Assembly: GCA_003344405.1 (NCBI GenBank)
Contig: NOWV01000102.1
Coordinates: 1 to 64,000 of the forward strand
Length of the DNA: 64,000 nucleotides
DNA from: Trichoplax sp. H2
Taxonomy: Eukaryota
Reading direction: 5' to 3'
In this document: piece by piece, positions 16,061-34,451 of the stretch
Layout: every line of letters starts with the position of its first letter
Position numbering within the stretch: the first letter of the stretch is position 1
Translations under genes and position numbers: made by a program
The notes under the pieces: generated by a model
The model's input: only the letters and a program-made list of their open reading frames with translations
Databases searched by the model: none
What the model was told of the DNA's origin: nothing

Positions 16061-19000
16061 AGAGTATATCGTAGCTCACGGTATTAAGCATAAATAAACG
16101 TGAATATTGAAGTTTTGACCAAGAAATAAGATCCGCAATAATACGAGTTTACATTGAAATGAATTTAAAGAAAGACTTTATTCCCGATTGATTCTAAAAA
16201 GTTTTGTTAATATTTCTTCATGACTCCAATAGCATGTTAGCTTAGGCACTCGCATAATATAATTTATTAAATATTTGCCGTCTTATTCCACAATGAGGCA
16301 AGATTATCTTATATATTTTTCAATATCGATCATCTTTGCTTATTATCATAACGTCATGTACTATTGGGCGCCATCTCTTTTCTCTAATGGTGATGAAGTC
16401 GGTAAAGAAAGGGAGTAGCCTTCTATTCTATTGATCAATTTTATCCGCGTGTATATAGACTTACTTTCTCAGTTGCCATCAAAGATATGCAACGCCTAAT
16501 TCATCACCACATGATTTGTATATGTGTAGATCTAATTGCATATAATTAAGCAGCAAAAACAATTACATCTTCATTAGATGTTGTGCACTATTAATGCGAT
16601 CGTAAATCATTAATCAAATAGTAAAAGTCTTTCAAACCCATTGTAATGGAATTATTAGAACACGTTAATACTATTTTCATGGGCCGGTCAGCTGGGCTGC
16701 GAAAAATGTGAAATGACTTTGAATCGGACTAATCCAACGTTTATTAGCCAGCAAGAAAGAAGAGCCGGTCACGTTGATAAAAGTTAGTTATGCAAACTCT
16801 GATGGAATCAGTACATATATGCGCGTATAAATTAGTTTGGAGTGCCTGGTTCGGCTAGTATACGTATCTAATTAATTAAAGACATGTATTAATTAGATAG
16901 ACTATGGGCTACATGATGTAATTAGACTTCTATTACTATTTGGATTTAGCTGCGGGTGGCTTAACCGAATCCTATTGTGTTTAATTCACCTCTAATACTG
17001 ATTTGTATTTATTTATTTATTTATTTGTATTTATGCAACTATTTCAGATCCACGATGTCGTCGTTGTTATTGAAGCTATTAATCGAAGCGGTTTGAAGAG
17101 AATGGGAAAATAGTTCTAAGCTTATTCAAACCTTTATCACAATACAGAATGAATTGGCTAATTTAGCATCGTTGTCATTCCAAGGTTATGATGAGATTGG
17201 TTAATGTAAATGTCGGTATCTACTGGTTAATACGAAAAGGATGATTTCCTAAAGGATATTACTGCATTCAATAATAATTTATGACTAAGCCAATATGATA
17301 GATAAAGTCGTCTGCACTTCGTTGAAAATATTTCGACGCCTATTGAATACGAATGGAGCATTTTCTGACTTTAGTTATCCACTATGTCTTCAAAATCCGA
17401 CGAGATAATGTTATACAATCACGATAGGTACATATGACAAGAATGAATTCATCATCCTTGCTCATTCTAAGCTAGCATTCGTGTACTACAGTACTTGAAA
17501 TTGAAAGAAATAGAGGAATGATAATTACAGTATGCTACGGAGTTTGATGCTCCGTGATAAGTGGCTAGCAGTAAAGTTGCTAATGAGAATGACTGTAAAG
17601 ATTATACTTAATCTTGCAAAATAGTATCGAGTTATTAAAAATATTATTAAAGATTATAAAGTCATAGACCACAATCCTCATTTGGTAATTGATTATTATT
17701 ATTATTTATGACTTTGTAATATATTGACTGTTATTAATCAATTACGCCGAATTAAGCAATATAACTCAAAATGCGATATTGTACCACTGTAGTATGATAA
17801 TTAAGTGAATCTGCTAATTAATATTATTAACTAGCCAGATTTAGTAATCAACACTCGGTCTAGTCTATAGTAAATCTGTAATGCGTATTATATAATTTAA
17901 TGTGATAGATTAGCACCGGGGTATTTGTGTGACATAGAAGATTGTATAAAAGCCTGATTATTAATTTTTCAATCTTAGTTCCACAAAGGCCACGCTAGAG
18001 TACACTGGTACAAAGTTGCAATAGCTGGTAATAAAATATTTAATAACCTAAACCTATCGTTGGACTCGTTGTCTATGGTATAGGAATAAGTTAGTTTTCC
18101 TTTACTGAGGATCTCCGGAGTTAGTCGGGGAACCTTTAGAGTAGATAGTTTAGTTTAGGAACGATCGCGAAAGTTGTTTTGTGACACAGTATTAGTCATT
18201 TTTCAATTTCTGTATAGTATTTTTACATCTTTAGACAGCATACAGTATATAGTATCGCCATGACAGGGTGAATTAAAACCGTATAATGACCCAAGATGTA
18301 TCTATATATATCCAGTTCAGCCCATGTTACTTCCTCGTAGTACTTCAATCAACAAGATTTCAAAAATTAAAAGCGATAGAAAATACAAACTATCATATCT
18401 GGGATTCTTTGTTCTTTAATATAATATCTTCTGATATTAGCTACGCCTATATTGCCATGATACGGCGAGATTAAATTGGAAATGATCAGTATTTGGCGTT
18501 ATACGAGCTCGTACAGCAGATAGGATGCTGCAGACCCGTCACATTACTATCGCTGCAAATCTTAGCTTATAATAGTTGCATCAAAACTCAATATTACTGA
18601 TCCAATTTCTATCGTCAAGATAGAGTCGAATACTGAAAGGTAGAAATATGTGTTTAACGTTGTTAGAAAAGAAGCGAGGAATAATTGGATATTAATAAAA
18701 TTAGTGAGCAAAGTAACCTTTTTTTAATACAACTTTATACAGCTTTATTTTAATACAGACATGTCTACGTTAGTATGTATTGTGAAGTATGCTATAACAT
18801 GGATTACTAGGCATGCATCTAATAGCTCATGGGTATAGTGATATGAGTGCATCTTTGCGATGGCAAGTCGCTTTTCCAGTACCTGATGTTAGTCTTGGTC
18901 CTGGATTCCTTTCAGGAACACTTATACCAGTTCTTGCAACAGCCATAGTTTCCTGATTGACGTGATGAGAAGGAACTAGTACCGCTTCTTATCGTTGCTT

Positions 19001-20069
19001 GTATATAAATCAACTAAGGAAATATAGCATTAAAATTATTGATTAATTTACTCCTCCATTTTTCTCATTTACGATAATCGATAATTGAACCAACAGTATT
19101 AAGCCATATATTCCATACGGTTATATAATCTGTGTTCGCATGCTATTGAAATTATGATAGGCAGTAATTTGTATAAAGTAGGGGCAGTTATCGAATTACT
19201 TTTTCTCCAAGCTTACAAACTTTATATAATTTATCAATCTTATTTACCACTTTAAGTTTTGTTCAATATCATTGATCTTGAAAGCAACGAAAGTATAATT
19301 ATATGAGTAGTACTACAACCTATAATGTCCATAGATTTTCCTTTAATTAATTACACGATTGCAATACAGTCGTTGAAACCTGATATATCAAGATTATTTC
19401 ATGAGCCAAGCAAGCAAATTTATAATATCTTTACCCTCTGTTCGTTAATATCGTGTTATGCTATTAGAAATTGAAATTAATGATTAATTATGTCATTAAA
19501 TCAAGGTCAGCAAGATTCTAGAAATTATACTTATTGATTTTTTGAATTAGGATAAATTTTTGTATTTAAAGTAAAGTTACAACAATAAATTCTTTAAAAA
19601 TAATCGAAGGAAGTTTGTTAGCGTATAATTATACCGTGTCACCCATAGACCGTAATTAAGGCATTAATTCATGTCGGAATGAGTTCCTTCTAAACATTTT
19701 ATACTAACGGTTTTAATAAAACGATTATTTAATTCAATATTTTAAAATTGTTACGTCATATTCTAATAGGAATGTGCTATCGATGCAAAATGGTTAGGTT
19801 AAGTAGCTTTGATCATTTCCTTTATTACTCTTTTAATGAGCAAATAATAAATATAATATGACGTAATAATTTGTGCTAAATGAGGAAATTATAGTTCTAT
19901 GTTAGGATTTAGTGCGAAATTGCTCATTTCTTTAATAACAGATAGGCATTGTTACTTATTTAGACATAAGTTACGTATATATTTTGAATGCCAATTTTTA
20001 AACCCGTTTATCATTGCTCGAAATATAAGCAATGCATCATGGCTTACAGATACAATATGTCGATAATAT

Positions 20070-20520
20070 TTCAAATTTTTAGAGCTAAAGTTTGTTATGT
20101 ATATCATCTACTAGTCAATATTAAATTATATTCCTAGAGCTATTTAATCGCTACCTACATGTTTTCAACTATACACTAAGTTTATATCTTTCAGCTATGT
20201 TGCAGAGTTTACAGGTACGAGTTACAATACGTACTATTTCATATTCAAAGTTATGTTTATAGGGCTACTTAATCTCTGTTTACACCTTTTCAGCTGTGGA
20301 CTATATCATATTAAATTTCATTTTTAGAACTATTTTATTGTTTTATTCTTTCAGCTATGCTCCGAAAATTACAATTATAAAAATCGATCACATTACTATT
20401 CCTTTTTGAATTTTATATTCTGAAGCTAATTAGTTAATGTTTTGTGTATTAACTGCAATATTTCAACGCTTACAGCTACGAACTGCTGTACTATTCTATA
20501 TCGAATTTTTCATTTCAACA
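20070..20520. repeat. Highly degenerate tandem repeat (~100-120 bp units)
   Basis: Recurring ttcagctatg, tacta.t..atatt.aa and agagcta motifs. Confidence 0.5.
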
Positions 20521-21664
20521 GCTTGTTTGTCATCACTGCTATATTTCAATCAAGACTCTGATGACAAGAGGTTTGACTGGTAACTATGGTATAGTATACA
20601 TTTTTATGTAAAGAAAACTAAAAGGTATTGCAGAATTACACAAAGTAGGACAACAGAATATCTCTAGCAAGAGAAGTAAACAAGCAGTTTTATATAAGAG
20701 TTCTTTGAAATGATCGTAAAAATTGCCTGAACTTTCAATAGAATTTGGTTAGTTGGCAGTAGTATAATCTTGAAAAGTAGATTAAATCAATCATTAGGTA
20801 TTAGATAATATGTGTTAGATTCAGGTAGTAAATTAATGAAGCGATCTGATTAATTGTGTATCAAATAATAAATTGTCGTAATCTAGGTTATTTAACGCTC
20901 TTGGATTTTAAAATAGAAGCTAGAATTTACTTAGAGTGTTACTGTCGATTTTTAAATGTAAGTATAATGCTACAGATACTTAATATATATTTTGCTGGGA
21001 AGAAACGATGTAAATTCATGACACATTAATTAATTATATTATCTAAGAATAATTTAAATATTGAAATATTAAGAATATACGATACTTCAGGTTCAGATGT
21101 CTATCAGAGCATGCTTTTGGGTAAGTATTTCATAGATTTTGAGGTTCATGAAATTTCTGCAATAGCTTTCATTTTTAATTCTACATTAAAGTACTGTAGA
21201 TATCATGATTATGATTTTATTTGAAATTTAGTTTGAAATGCATATTAAATACATCAATCTTGTTCAGAGATGATGGTTCTGGTCGTCTATTAGATCTACT
21301 ATATTGCAAATCAACGCTAATTTATCGTATAAGTAGTCAATTTTATCAATACCTGCAAGTCATTTGACATTAATCTTCAGAATTTTGATATTAAAAATGT
21401 AAATTGTATAAATTATCTCAATTAATTGAAATTAAAATCTTAGAATCAGTGAATCATGAATTTAGCGATAGTCTAGAAGACTTAAGGTCTTCAACACCTT
21501 CAGTTATATCTAAAATAATAAAACATACGACATCGTCCGATTACGTAAGACTGATCAGAAACCATGTAATTCCATTAAAGCTTCATCTTAAAAGCCTTAG
21601 GTAAGAAATTCATTGTTATTGATAAATAAATAATTTTACGAGTCCAAAATTTTTTCAGTCCTTT

Positions 21665-22120
21665 AAAATAAAATTTTTTCTTTTTCTAATTTCTTACAGC
21701 CTTCAGCTATCTTCAAAAAGGCATAAACTTCATAAAATCACCAGATTATATAAGGACCATCTGAAATTATATAGTACGATTATAACTCCATCTACAGGCT
21801 TCAAGTTTGTATCAAATTCACTGTTATCGATAAGCAAACAATTTTAAGAGCAATATATTTTCTCGCTACCCTAAGAATACAATTTTCACTTTTTCTAATT
21901 TCTTGCAGCTTTAAGCTATCTAGTAGGGTGATGCTATATAAAACATTAAACTTTATGAAAATAGTTTATACAAACTAAACTAGAATCATGTAACATGGTT
22001 ATAAATTCTATCTACAAGTCTAAGATTAGCATTAAATCCACTGTTGTGGATGAATAGATAGTTTCAGGAGCAACATTGTGATTAAGAATGAAATTCTCTA
22101 TTTCCCAATTTCTTACTTCT
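21665..22120. repeat. Degenerate ~205 bp tandem duplication (2 copies plus a partial third)
   Basis: tttttctaatttctt.cagc.tt.agctatct at ~21681 and ~21890, partial at ~22100; tataa.t.c.atctaca.g and aaat.cactgtt.t.gat are also repeated. Confidence 0.7.
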
Positions 22121-22845
22121 AACCGAAGGCAATACTCATTGTCAGTGATTTATAACTAAAGTAAGTACCTAAGATCAATAAAACTTTTATCGTATTCTAT
22201 GTCTGATTCGTTTATACTGATTGTCAAAGATGTGGTTTACTACCATTCTGAATTTAAAGTCTATCTCGTTATGACATTGAACGAATGGGAGCAAAACATT
22301 AATTCGTCTTCAGCTAATATATCTGGTATTCATTTTCCAACTAAAAGGTGGAATTTTTACTACTTTCAATTTAAATTGATTTACGAGACAGAAAAGTCGA
22401 ATTTGTCACACTTTTACATCACAAAAACAGGAATCGATGTTAATACTTACATTCCGTAATATATTGATTTATTTCTTTTACGTCAGAGGGTAGAAAATAT
22501 CTTGCAATAGAGGCTCGATTAGCGTTACTTTATAATAGCTGGAAAAATAGACTTAAAACGAGAAGCTATTGAGAAAGTTAATGGTAAGACATTTAGTAAA
22601 ATAGGTTAGACTTATTGCACCATACGGTAGGGCAGTACTTATGGTCTATTGTCTATACAGTCTAATTCTTGTTGATAAAATATGCAAAGTAAATTACTTC
22701 TATACGTTGTGATATGATACAATCACTAATTTAAAATGGCCGCCTAAAAACAATACTAGTAAAATTTACCATTGCCTCCATTTACTTTCGATTATTTATG
22801 ACGACAATATCCATTAAAAATGAATTATATTTTGATATATATGTA

Positions 22846-23277
22846 TTCTATATTGTTACGATGCGTAAGCTCGTCCTAATTATTGAGTAATATTAAATAT
22901 TGCTTGTGTTATAACTTTAAAAGGATACTTTTATATTATGTGCACCAGGAGTTTCTGACGAGACTATAAAAGGCTGGTGCCTGAAGATTCCTTTTTAGTT
23001 AGTCGGTTGGATAGTCAACTAGTTTTTCAATTGATATTTAATTGTAAGACTATAATCTTGGGTGCCAAGATTCCTTCAGTAATAAATGATAGTAAATCTC
23101 TGACTATCTCGTCTACATCATCTGTGACGCTATAATTATACCATAGTATTCGGTCGTTGGAACTGAATTATTTGGTGATATAGCTAATCTCGCCTCTTTA
23201 AGTTAGTAAGTGGCGTTCTCCGCAAGGATTGGCGTGTGTAGACTACTTTGTCACTAGTGGTGTGTGACATATATGTA
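22846..23277. mobile_element. ~430 bp insertion containing a dispersed repeat, candidate non-autonomous element
   Basis: Absent from the duplicate copy at ~24266. Flanked by the direct repeat ATATATGTA (22837-22845 and 23269-23277). The internal ~230 bp has an inverted homolog at ~44980-45217. Confidence 0.55.
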
Positions 23278-23416
23278 CATATAAAAGACAGTACTGTAAG
23301 CTCTTCATTGGGTGGCAATCAAAAATCGTCTATAATTGTATTTTCCTAACAGATTATTTGGTAAATAAGATTCTGCAGTTTCGTAGATCGCAATCTGTCT
23401 GTTTAGATTTAAAAGT

Positions 23417-23436
23417 NNNNNNNNNNNNNNNNNNNN
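23417..23436. other. Assembly gap (20 N)
   Basis: Run of n characters. Confidence 1.
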
Positions 23437-26400
23437 AGTATGAGTAAGAGATTCAAAATATTTACTGATAAAAAAGCTATGTAAGGAACATCTCAGTTCA
23501 AGATGTTTCTCCTAGTAAGGTATAATAATAATACTGTTGTTGTTTACAAATTAGACGGTTCCTATATAAACGGGAACATTTGAGTTAAGTGGTGTGGTAA
23601 AATGTTGTAGATGTATCTTTGTTAATAAAAGTTTCATTTTTACAGTATTTTGCTATGTGTGTTTAACGTTAAGTAAAAGGGTATTTAATTCAGTAGCTAC
23701 TTATAGACTTTTACTGTACGTTGCCTTGTCGCAGAAGTGAAATTGTGACAATCTGGCATTCGTTTTCCAATTAAAAGGTGGAATGTTTACTACTTTCAAT
23801 TTAAATTGATTTACGAGACAGAAAAGTCGAATTTGTCACACTTTTACATCACAAAAACAGGAATCGATATTAATACTTACATTCCGTGATATATTGATTT
23901 ATTTCTTTTATGTCAGAGGGTAGAAAATATCTTGCAATAGAGGCTCGATTAGCGTTACTTTATAATAGCTGGAAAAATAGACTTAAAACGAAAAGCTATT
24001 GAGAAAGTTAATGGTAAGACATTTAGTAAAATAGGTTAGACTTATTGCACCATACGGTAGGGCAGTACTTATGGTCTACACAGTCTAATTCTTGTCGATG
24101 AAATATGCAAAGTAAAATTACTTCTATACGTTGTGATATGATACAATCACTAATTTAAAATGGCCGCCTAATAACAATACTAGTTAAAATTTACCATTGC
24201 CTCCATTTATTTTCGATTATTTATGACGACAATATCCATTAAAAATGAATTATATTTTGATATATAAATATGTACATATAAAAGACAGTACTGTAAGCTC
24301 TTCATTGGGTGGCAATCAAATATCGTCTATAATTGTATTTTCCTAACAGATTATTTGGTAAATAAGATTCTGCAGTTTCGTAGATCGCAATCTGTCTGTT
24401 TAGATTTAAAAGTTATTTATATTTCATTTTCGAAAATGAAAGTTTATTATTCTATAGGATAGGAGAGTTTAAGAGGGTTTTGCTTGATTGTCGCTGTAAA
24501 TAATTGAACTTTAGAATATTTACATATTATTGCTCTAAGTATCATTAATAGACTTCTACGAGAGATTTAAGTAAAGCATTTCTATCTTGACACAGCAAAT
24601 ACCAGTTATTTCTGGATATCTCCTGTTACAAACCGAATTTGCGAAGAGGAAAATTCAAACTAACTACTATAAGAAAATTAACACGGCGAGCTCAGCGTCA
24701 GATTTGTCTTCCCTAACATCTACATCACCACGATTTTAAAAACTGATAAACTCTCTATCATCACGAAACTACAGTAAACTACAACTCTACAGAGAAAACT
24801 GAGCCCAAAGTTATTTAAAAAAATCAATCGATTTATAGTAAGTCTGCATAAATATTAGTTTCCAGTTCATAAATAAAATTATACAACTATGCAATTATCT
24901 ATTAAAGACTTATAAAACGCCAAAGATAAATTAATTATGTTACGGCTACTATGCAGAAGTTACTCAGTAATATATCAATAATTTTAACTTTAATAAGCAT
25001 TGAGAAGAGGCGATTCTAAATTTCCGAGATGAAATGTCCTTGTAATATTTAAGGAAACAGTTTCTGAGTTATAAACGAATGGAGTCAATACCGAAATCCG
25101 AATTAATTCGCATGTTTATTGGTGCTTGTGGGATGTTTATTAAGAAAGAATTTCTATCTTATCAATATACGCAGTTAATGCCGGCCATCTCTAGTGGTAT
25201 CCATAACTATAATTTTGGTGAGATCTTAGAAAAAACCAATTTCTAATTAATTTGTGAAGATGTAGTGCTATCCTTGAAAAAATTAAAGAAAGAATTTTGC
25301 ATTACTAGCCAATATACGAGTTAATACTGACGTCTGAACTTATTTGTATGCTTACTATTGCTTATGGGATATTTTAGGAGGATTTCAACCTTGCAGGTCT
25401 ATACAATCAACAGTAGCTACCTCCAGTTTATTTGCATAATTATAATTTCTGATGGGATTGAGAAGGATGGTTTCTAGTTATTTTTTAAAGGTAATCTGTC
25501 GTCCTTAAAGTATTTATTACAGAAGAATTTCTGCGTTATGAGCGAATATTGTCACGTATACATGCACGTAAATGTACTCGTATATCCTTTATAATTCCTT
25601 TAAGTATTCAAGAAAAGGCCATAAATGTATATAATCAGCTTACAGAAATTCTATCGCAATACTTCTACTCATGTGCAACGCTTATAATTTCTGTGAAGGG
25701 ATATGGAAAGAGTATTTATATGAAGGATTAGAAACGAAACGTGCGTAGTATCATGTAAATAACGTGATTATTATTCTGCTGCCATTGCCAAATGATACGC
25801 TTGATAATTTCTTCTACTATTCATACTTTGTAGTTTTTCGTAGTGTTTGTCACATAAGGATTTCTACTCTGAGTGTAGTTTTCTAACACTGACAAATTCT
25901 TCTATTGATTGACGAGTATGTTCTTACTATTTTCCCATGAAATATTGCGGAGAATTTCTGGCTAACGAATACAGATACAGTAATTGGCTTACATACTTAA
26001 TTATTAATTTACATACAGTGCGGTAGTTCTGAAAGATATTCCTGTTCAATTTTTAGAATGAAATACCATCGCGTTAGCTAACCACTAACATAATGAACTC
26101 AAAAAATGCTCAGCCTATATATATACTGTATAGCTATGACTAGAAATATATACCTTAATTGTACTGTACATTAGATCTTACTAGGTATACTCACTACTCA
26201 GTTACTAATTACAACGACGATAAGTGAAAGTTTCATACTGGCAGTTTACAAACAGTTTAATTTTGCAATCTTCTTCTTACATTATCACGCAAGCTTTAAC
26301 TTAGTCAAAAATAGAAATAATCGCATTACAGTTGTTATAGGAAGGTTGTAACAGGATACCATGAAGCTTAGTGACATATACGAAATAAATTTAAATATAT

Positions 26401-27121
26401 ACCTAGATATATCTTTGATATTATATATGATATTTTGGACTATAGTATTTAAGGAAGAAGATGATAAAAATCGCTTATATGCACAGAGTAAATAACCATT
26501 AGCTGGCTTATCGCCATCATGCACTAACAATGTAACAAGCACATTTGGTAGCAAGCTATGGTAATATAAATACGAAATGCATAAACGGCTAATACTTAAA
26601 TCAGTGGTATTTACAAAGCAAAAGCATGGCTGATGTCATCCAGTGATATGCCTTAATAATACCAATCTTACAGTGCAAAATCTAATACAAAATTTGACCT
26701 TGCTCATGAAAATACTCAAAGTAGTAAATTATGCCATAGATATCTGATATCTCTAGTAATACGATTAACAATAAACAACAGTAAGTAAAAATAATCACTG
26801 CTCGAGAATAAATGATAATGCTGGCAATAGTATGATACATTATTTTTATATATAATAGCAGCTTCTATAGCAATACTTACCTTTAATTATAAATCGAAGA
26901 ATTTTTAAACATTTTCTATCATACAAGCTCGTAAATATAAACAATGATACTAATTAATTAATGAAAGGCTAAGCAAGTTGCATATTTTCTGTAACGCTGT
27001 TTCAGATACTAATTAATTATTAAAGAGAAACGTTATTTTACATTTCATGTTATCTGATGACTAAAGAAATGTAGCGGTAGTGATTATCCAAGACTAATGG
27101 CTGAGTTCTTGGACCCAAGTT

Positions 27122-31785
<4,664 letters not shown>

Positions 31786-32814
31786 GACTTGAAAATTGAA
31801 CTCACTAATTCTAATTGGATGAAATTGTAATCATATCACGTAGAAAGGGAGGAAAGAAAAAAAACTTGGCAAAGGATATGAATCAAGAATAACAACTTGA
31901 ACTTCAAGCTCCTGCCTAGTAATACCAGTCCGTTATAAATTCTAATCGCCAATCGCACACCGTTCAAAATCAATGATGATCACGATAACATTAAATGACA
32001 ATCAGTCAGTAGGCAAAATGAATCCAGGCTAATGATTGAAGCGATTATCAATGTCTTGAACTAGGCAAAAAATGATTATTCCTATACAAGTTGGAAAGAT
32101 AATTTTAATTTCTGAACGACTCTCGCCAACAGTACTAGTAGAAGTAGAGTCGATCAAGCTTCCCAAAGGATCAAATTGCTTGTCTGTGGTAGTCTCACTT
32201 CAACCTTGACTCTTGATGAATCGTAATAACGTCGTGCAATGGTGCTCCAATAAAGTAATTGCTCCAAGATAGCAAGAGCGAGAGAGCGAGAGAGAGAACT
32301 AGATGTTGTGATCATCGATGAAATCTTGTAATGTTGTTCTTTCGGCCCTTATTACTGGTTGAAAATTTGAAATTGAACTTCAACGGTTGTACTGGCATTG
32401 ATTGGATGATTTTAATCACGTGATAAAACCCAATAGGCGATGGTTGTAATTTGCCTAACGGACAGGTTGGACAAGCGTTGGAAGTTGGAATCCTTATCGA
32501 GCATGCGTAATAGCTCCCCCCCCCCCAAAAAGCTGCTCTATTTGAAATGCAAATTAAATGTGCTCTAGTGATATGGAAATCAACCAATGCCATGGATAAT
32601 TGGATATGCCGGCGTCTAGTCGAAACCCACCACTACAGTGGATAATGTCGTGTCCGTGTAGAACAAACTATCGATGACAGAACCAACTTTTCAAATCTAC
32701 TTCATTGCTGCGCTTTTGAAAATATTCAATATTGCATTGCTAGGTGCAACATACTGTCCTTTAAAAGACCATTATTTTTGCTAGTCATTTGACCTATACG
32801 GTACATCTGTATCG

Positions 32815-32950
32815 AACATTGTACTGTCTATTCGTTCGTCTAACTCTACAGTACATTCCTTACAGAGTTACAGTACAGTACTGTCCATTCGTCCCCTAGC
32901 CATGTACAGTACTGTACAGTGTACAGTACTGTACACTACTGTACTGTAGC
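32815..32950. repeat. GTAC-rich (CAGTA/TACTG) low-complexity tract
   Basis: Same motif family as 150-1445, in the divergent KIF18/NAGPA intergenic region. Confidence 0.7.
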
Positions 32951-32988
32951 CCTGTATTGTTCTCGTAGAGTACTTCCTATTACGTCAT

Positions 32989-33114
32989 TTTTGCGGATCT
33001 TCTCGAATAGCTACCGAAAGGGACTAAAAGATCTTGTATATATACATTCATCATAAGCCTGTTCAGGGTAGATGTAGAGAAAAATCTGTGCATAAGTTGA
33101 TTGCTATAGGTATG
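32989..33114 (-). pseudogene. Degenerate ectopic copy of the kinesin intron 1/exon 2 junction
   Basis: Aligns in the same orientation with 30779-30908 (ttgcggatcttctc...gggactaaaagatcttgtat...cctgttcagggtag.tgtagagaaaa.tctgtgcataagttgattgctataggtatg), with indels. Confidence 0.8.
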
Positions 33115-34451
33115 GCATCAATGATTGCGAATGCTTGTACTAGACTGCGAATGAGGATTATTGTGCTGATCATTTTAATTGTAGCCCGGCCTTGTTCGAG
33201 TAACTTGCTTCTGTTTGTAAAATCATATCCAATGGCCGCCCATACGTTCTCTAGCACTGTCTTTTGCAATCTTTACAGTACTGTGTTGTACTTGCTGTAG
33301 TAGGTGACATCAATTTGGCTAATACGACACATACAATAGTCAATAGTGACTCAATCCCGCCAATTCTTACTGCAGTTTTCACGGTTGATCAAAATGCAGA
33401 ATGGCGAAAAGAAAAAATTTAAAACTGGCTAGGCCTACTTACGGATTACTCGATGTTTTGAAAGCATCGATGCAGTACACTATATACTATATGTATAGTA
33501 TACGATATTGTAATAACTACTATGACCAGTAGCAAGCTATGAAATTATGCACTACAACGCTAAGTGTGTCTCTCAATACAGTATATTGTAGTGCAAATAG
33601 GTAACATCGCAAGCATAAATAGTGTCACAAGAATATATATATATATATATTGCACATGTCTAAAAAAATCTCACACCAGAGCAAGGCAACGACATGGAAA
33701 AAGATGGTAATCACAGAATCTCACTGGAATATGACTCATCAATACCGTAGTATTTATCATTTACAATCTCTTGTCACCAGGAGTCTTATTGAATCCTAGC
33801 AAATCACAAACAATACGGCATAGCGCAATGCCGTGCAATGGTTGCAATTGGCTTTATTACTTCATTATACTTGTTTTCCCTAGATGAACAGTGTTTCAAG
33901 TTATCAATTACTAATCACGCACAGTAGATCTGAGCTATCGATTCCTGTCAAGCGTAAAAGATACGCCATATTACTCTATCATGCGTTTTAGTGCAGCTAT
34001 ACTCTAGTCTAGAGATAGGAGAAAGCCTTTCGAGGTACAACAAGCAGCTAGCGAGTACCGCGTGGTTGTCATGGCAATGGATGAACTACTGTATGTCACA
34101 ATGTCCATCAGGCCCTGCCAGTATAAACGGATCAATAAGGTAACGATGAATATAATGATTCTTAATTAATTATAATAATAATAAAAGCATTTGATCAAGT
34201 AATGTCTTCCGTATGACTTTATGTTATTTCTATAGACATGATAGATAGCCTTCGGGGAATTTCGCGATGAAATACACTCTTCCACTACTGTAACGGTTCT
34301 ATAGTTTCCTATTTTCATATGCGCTTACCTACAAAGATGTCATAAACATCAATAATTACCTTTCCCGTTCGGAACGATTTAAAACCTCAATACAATTATT
34401 CTCTCTATCTTGTATAAATGCTTCTTTGCAATCAGTGCATAAAATGATGAT

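Larger units (their letters stand above)
22330..24413. repeat. Near-identical ~650 bp direct duplication flanking an assembly gap (probably two haplotypes)
   Basis: 22330-22841 matches 23764-24266 and 23271-23416 matches 24268-24413 with few substitutions. The N-run is at 23417-23436. Confidence 0.9.
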
